DNA of 63,455 nt, counting the filler. It is 6 parts of 6 records of this genome, joined end to end, with 100 filler letters (N's around TTAATTAATTAA, not from the genome) between each part and the next. Parts side by side here need not be neighbours in the genome. Positions count along the whole stretch, not along the records: positions 57,076 to 63,455 come from DRR723986_13339; 5 more parts are not named here. One strand, written 5' to 3'. This document shows, piece by piece, positions 61,838-63,455 of the stretch. How positions within the stretch are numbered: position 1 is the first letter of the stretch; each line of letters opens with the position of its first letter. Position numbers and translations under genes: made by a program. Under the pieces are notes generated by a model that was not told the origin of the DNA, searched no databases, and saw nothing but the letters and a program-made list of their open reading frames with translations.

Positions 61838-62764
61838 TTGAGCGATCACAAATGGATATCAGCCTATCTTGATGCAACTGCGGCCGAACAGGGCGCCGCC
61901 ACCAACACCCAATTGGCCTATGGGCGCGATTTGTTGGATTTTGCCGCCTTTCTGGCCCCAAAGGGCAGTTTTGCCCACGCAACACGCGATGATATCGAGC
62001 GCTATTTGCTGCACTGTCAGGCCCAAGGGCTGGCCACCAGCACCCGCGCGCGCCGCCTGTCGGCGATCAAGCAGGTGTTCCGCTTTGCGGTCGAGGAAGG
62101 CTGGCGCAGCGATAATCCAGCCATCCAGATCGCCGGGCCCGGGCGCCCGAAACGCCTGCCCAAAACCCTGGGCCAAGACGAGGTATCGCGCCTGCTGGAT
62201 GCCGCACGCCAAACCGGGCGCCACCAAACCGACCGGCTGCGCAACACCTGCCTGATCGAGGTGCTTTACGCCACCGGCATGCGCGTCAGCGAATTGGTGT
62301 CGCTGCCGATTTCGGCCGCGCGTGGCGATCCGCGGGTGCTGTTGGTGCGGGGCAAGGGCGGCAAAGAGCGCATGGTGCCCCTGTCGCCCCCGGCCCGGCA
62401 GGCGCTGGCGGCCTGGCTGGCCCATATCGATGCCGAAAACGCAGCAAAAGCTGCAGAAACCGGGGCGCCGCCCTCGCGGTTTTTGTTTCCCTCAAGCGGC
62501 AAGCTGGGGCATTTGACACGCCACCGCTTTTACGGGCTGATCAAAGATATGGCGGTAGTCGCCGGCGTGCCGCCCGCAAAGGTTACGCCGCATACGCTGC
62601 GCCATGCCTTTGCCACCCATCTTTTGGCCAATGGCGCCGATCTGCGCGCCATTCAAACGCTGCTTGGCCATGCCGATGTGGCCACAACCGAAATTTACAC
62701 CCATGTCTTAGAAGAGCGCCTGCGCGATCTGGTTTTGCACCACCACCCGCTGTCGCAACCTTAG
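61838..62764 (+). CDS. xerD: tyrosine recombinase XerD
   Basis: LYATGMRVSEL, GKGGKER, HTLRHAFATHLL, LLGH, TEIYTHV...HHP; housekeeping context. Confidence 0.92.
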   Translation: MSDHKWISAYLDATAAEQGAATNTQLAYGRDLLDFAAFLAPKGSFAHATRDDIERYLLHCQAQGLATSTRARRLSAIKQVFRFAVEEGWRSDNPAIQIAGPGRPKRLPKTLGQDEVSRLLDAARQTGRHQTDRLRNTCLIEVLYATGMRVSELVSLPISAARGDPRVLLVRGKGGKERMVPLSPPARQALAAWLAHIDAENAAKAAETGAPPSRFLFPSSGKLGHLTRHRFYGLIKDMAVVAGVPPAKVTPHTLRHAFATHLLANGADLRAIQTLLGHADVATTEIYTHVLEERLRDLVLHHHPLSQP

Positions 62765-62811
62765 GCGCTGTGGCGCGCGCACAATGGCCCGCGGCATTCG
62801 CAGAACCTGCC

Positions 62812-62840
62812 CTTGAATGGCGCGCGCCCAGCCCCCATAA
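62812..62840 (+). promoter_or_regulatory. putative RpoH (sigma-32) promoter
   Basis: CTTGAA-N15-CCCCATAA, 27 nt upstream of the CNNM gene start. Confidence 0.6.
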
Positions 62841-62867
62841 GATGGCTATGCAAAAGCTGGGGCCAGT

Positions 62868-63455
62868 ATGACCGAGATTTCATCGCCATTCACCGATGCC
62901 GCGTTTTGGATAACAGCGGGGTCAATTCTGTTTTTGCTGGTGTTATCTGGCTTTTTTTCGGGCTCGGAAACCGCATTGACGGCAGCCAGCCGCGGAAAGC
63001 TGCGCGCGCAGGCCGATAAAGGCTCGACCGGGGCGCAAAAGGCGCTGGCCATCACCGAAGATAACGAGCGGTTGATCGGTTCGGTTTTGCTGGGCAATAA
63101 CCTGGTCAATATCTTGGCCACCTCGCTGGCCACGGCCTTGTTTACACGGGCATTTGGCGAATCTGGGGTGGCGCTGGCCACTTTGGTGATGACATTGCTG
63201 GTGCTGATCTTTGCCGAAGTGTTGCCCAAAACCTATGCCATCACCAATGCCGAGGCGGCGGCCGCCCGCGTGGCGCCTGTGATCCGGCTGGTGATCACGG
63301 TGTTTTCCCCCGTGGTGGGTGCTGTGCGCGTGCTGGTGCGGGCGGTGCTGGCGCTATTTGGGGTGCGCGCCGACCCCGACAGCCATATTCTGGCGGTGCG
63401 CGAGGAAATTGCCGGCGCGCTTTATCTGGGCCATTCCGAAGGGGTGGTGGAAAAA
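62868..63455 (+). CDS. HlyC/CorC (CNNM/DUF21) transporter, 3'-truncated
   Basis: Manual translation MTEISSPF...LSGFFSGSETALT...LLGNNLVNIL...IFAEVLPKTYA. Confidence 0.92.
   Translation, partial: MTEISSPFTDAAFWITAGSILFLLVLSGFFSGSETALTAASRGKLRAQADKGSTGAQKALAITEDNERLIGSVLLGNNLVNILATSLATALFTRAFGESGVALATLVMTLLVLIFAEVLPKTYAITNAEAAAARVAPVIRLVITVFSPVVGAVRVLVRAVLALFGVRADPDSHILAVREEIAGALYLGHSEGVVEK

Noticed and set aside
61838-62764. Tyrosine recombinase as a prophage or island integrase
   Set aside because: Canonical XerD motifs in a housekeeping neighbourhood; no att sites or mobile genes.

Overview
The window is not one locus. It is six unrelated contigs joined by 100-nt spacers (N44-TTAATTAATTAA-N44), so gene adjacency only means something inside each segment. 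Taxonomic labels below are inferred from protein sequence and gene order. (1) 1-10576, Rhodobacteraceae-like: katG/oxyR, a lipoprotein, an L,D-transpeptidase, and an unassigned N-methyl-amino-acid/betaine-type catabolic cluster (GcvT/DMGDH-like oxidoreductase, non-pyrrolysine MttB, LysR, class III aminotransferase, enolase-superfamily enzyme) tied together by a shared TTCGA-N5-TCGAA operator. (2) 10677-18695, Marinobacter-like: zwf', hexR, ppiD, hupB, lon, clpX, 'clpP. (3) 18796-27965, Marinobacter-like: TRAP fused permease, dctB/dctD-like pair, MCP, and a ThDP enzyme coupled to an alpha-hydroxy-acid dehydrogenase. (4) 28066-49974, planctomycete (Pirellulaceae-like): GTAG-type REPs, a candidate structured sRNA, ECF sigma/ZAS anti-sigma, ruvX, a DUF2760 + two divergent Hsp70 module, hisH, tRNA-Arg(ACG), desaturase, fliD, fliC, csrA and hypotheticals. 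(5) 50075-56975, Marinobacter-like: 'lptD-surA-pdxA-rsmA-apaH-DUF423-thiS-thiG-slmA. (6) 57076-63455, Rhodobacteraceae-like: 'tyrS, aroB/aroK, two hypotheticals, xerD, CNNM/HlyC'. The best candidates for undescribed systems are the GrpE-like DUF2760 plus tandem non-canonical Hsp70 operon, the LysR-linked betaine-type catabolic regulon, and a GGA-rich hairpin RNA in the csrA-carrying contig. All family names come from motif recognition by eye; no database search was run.
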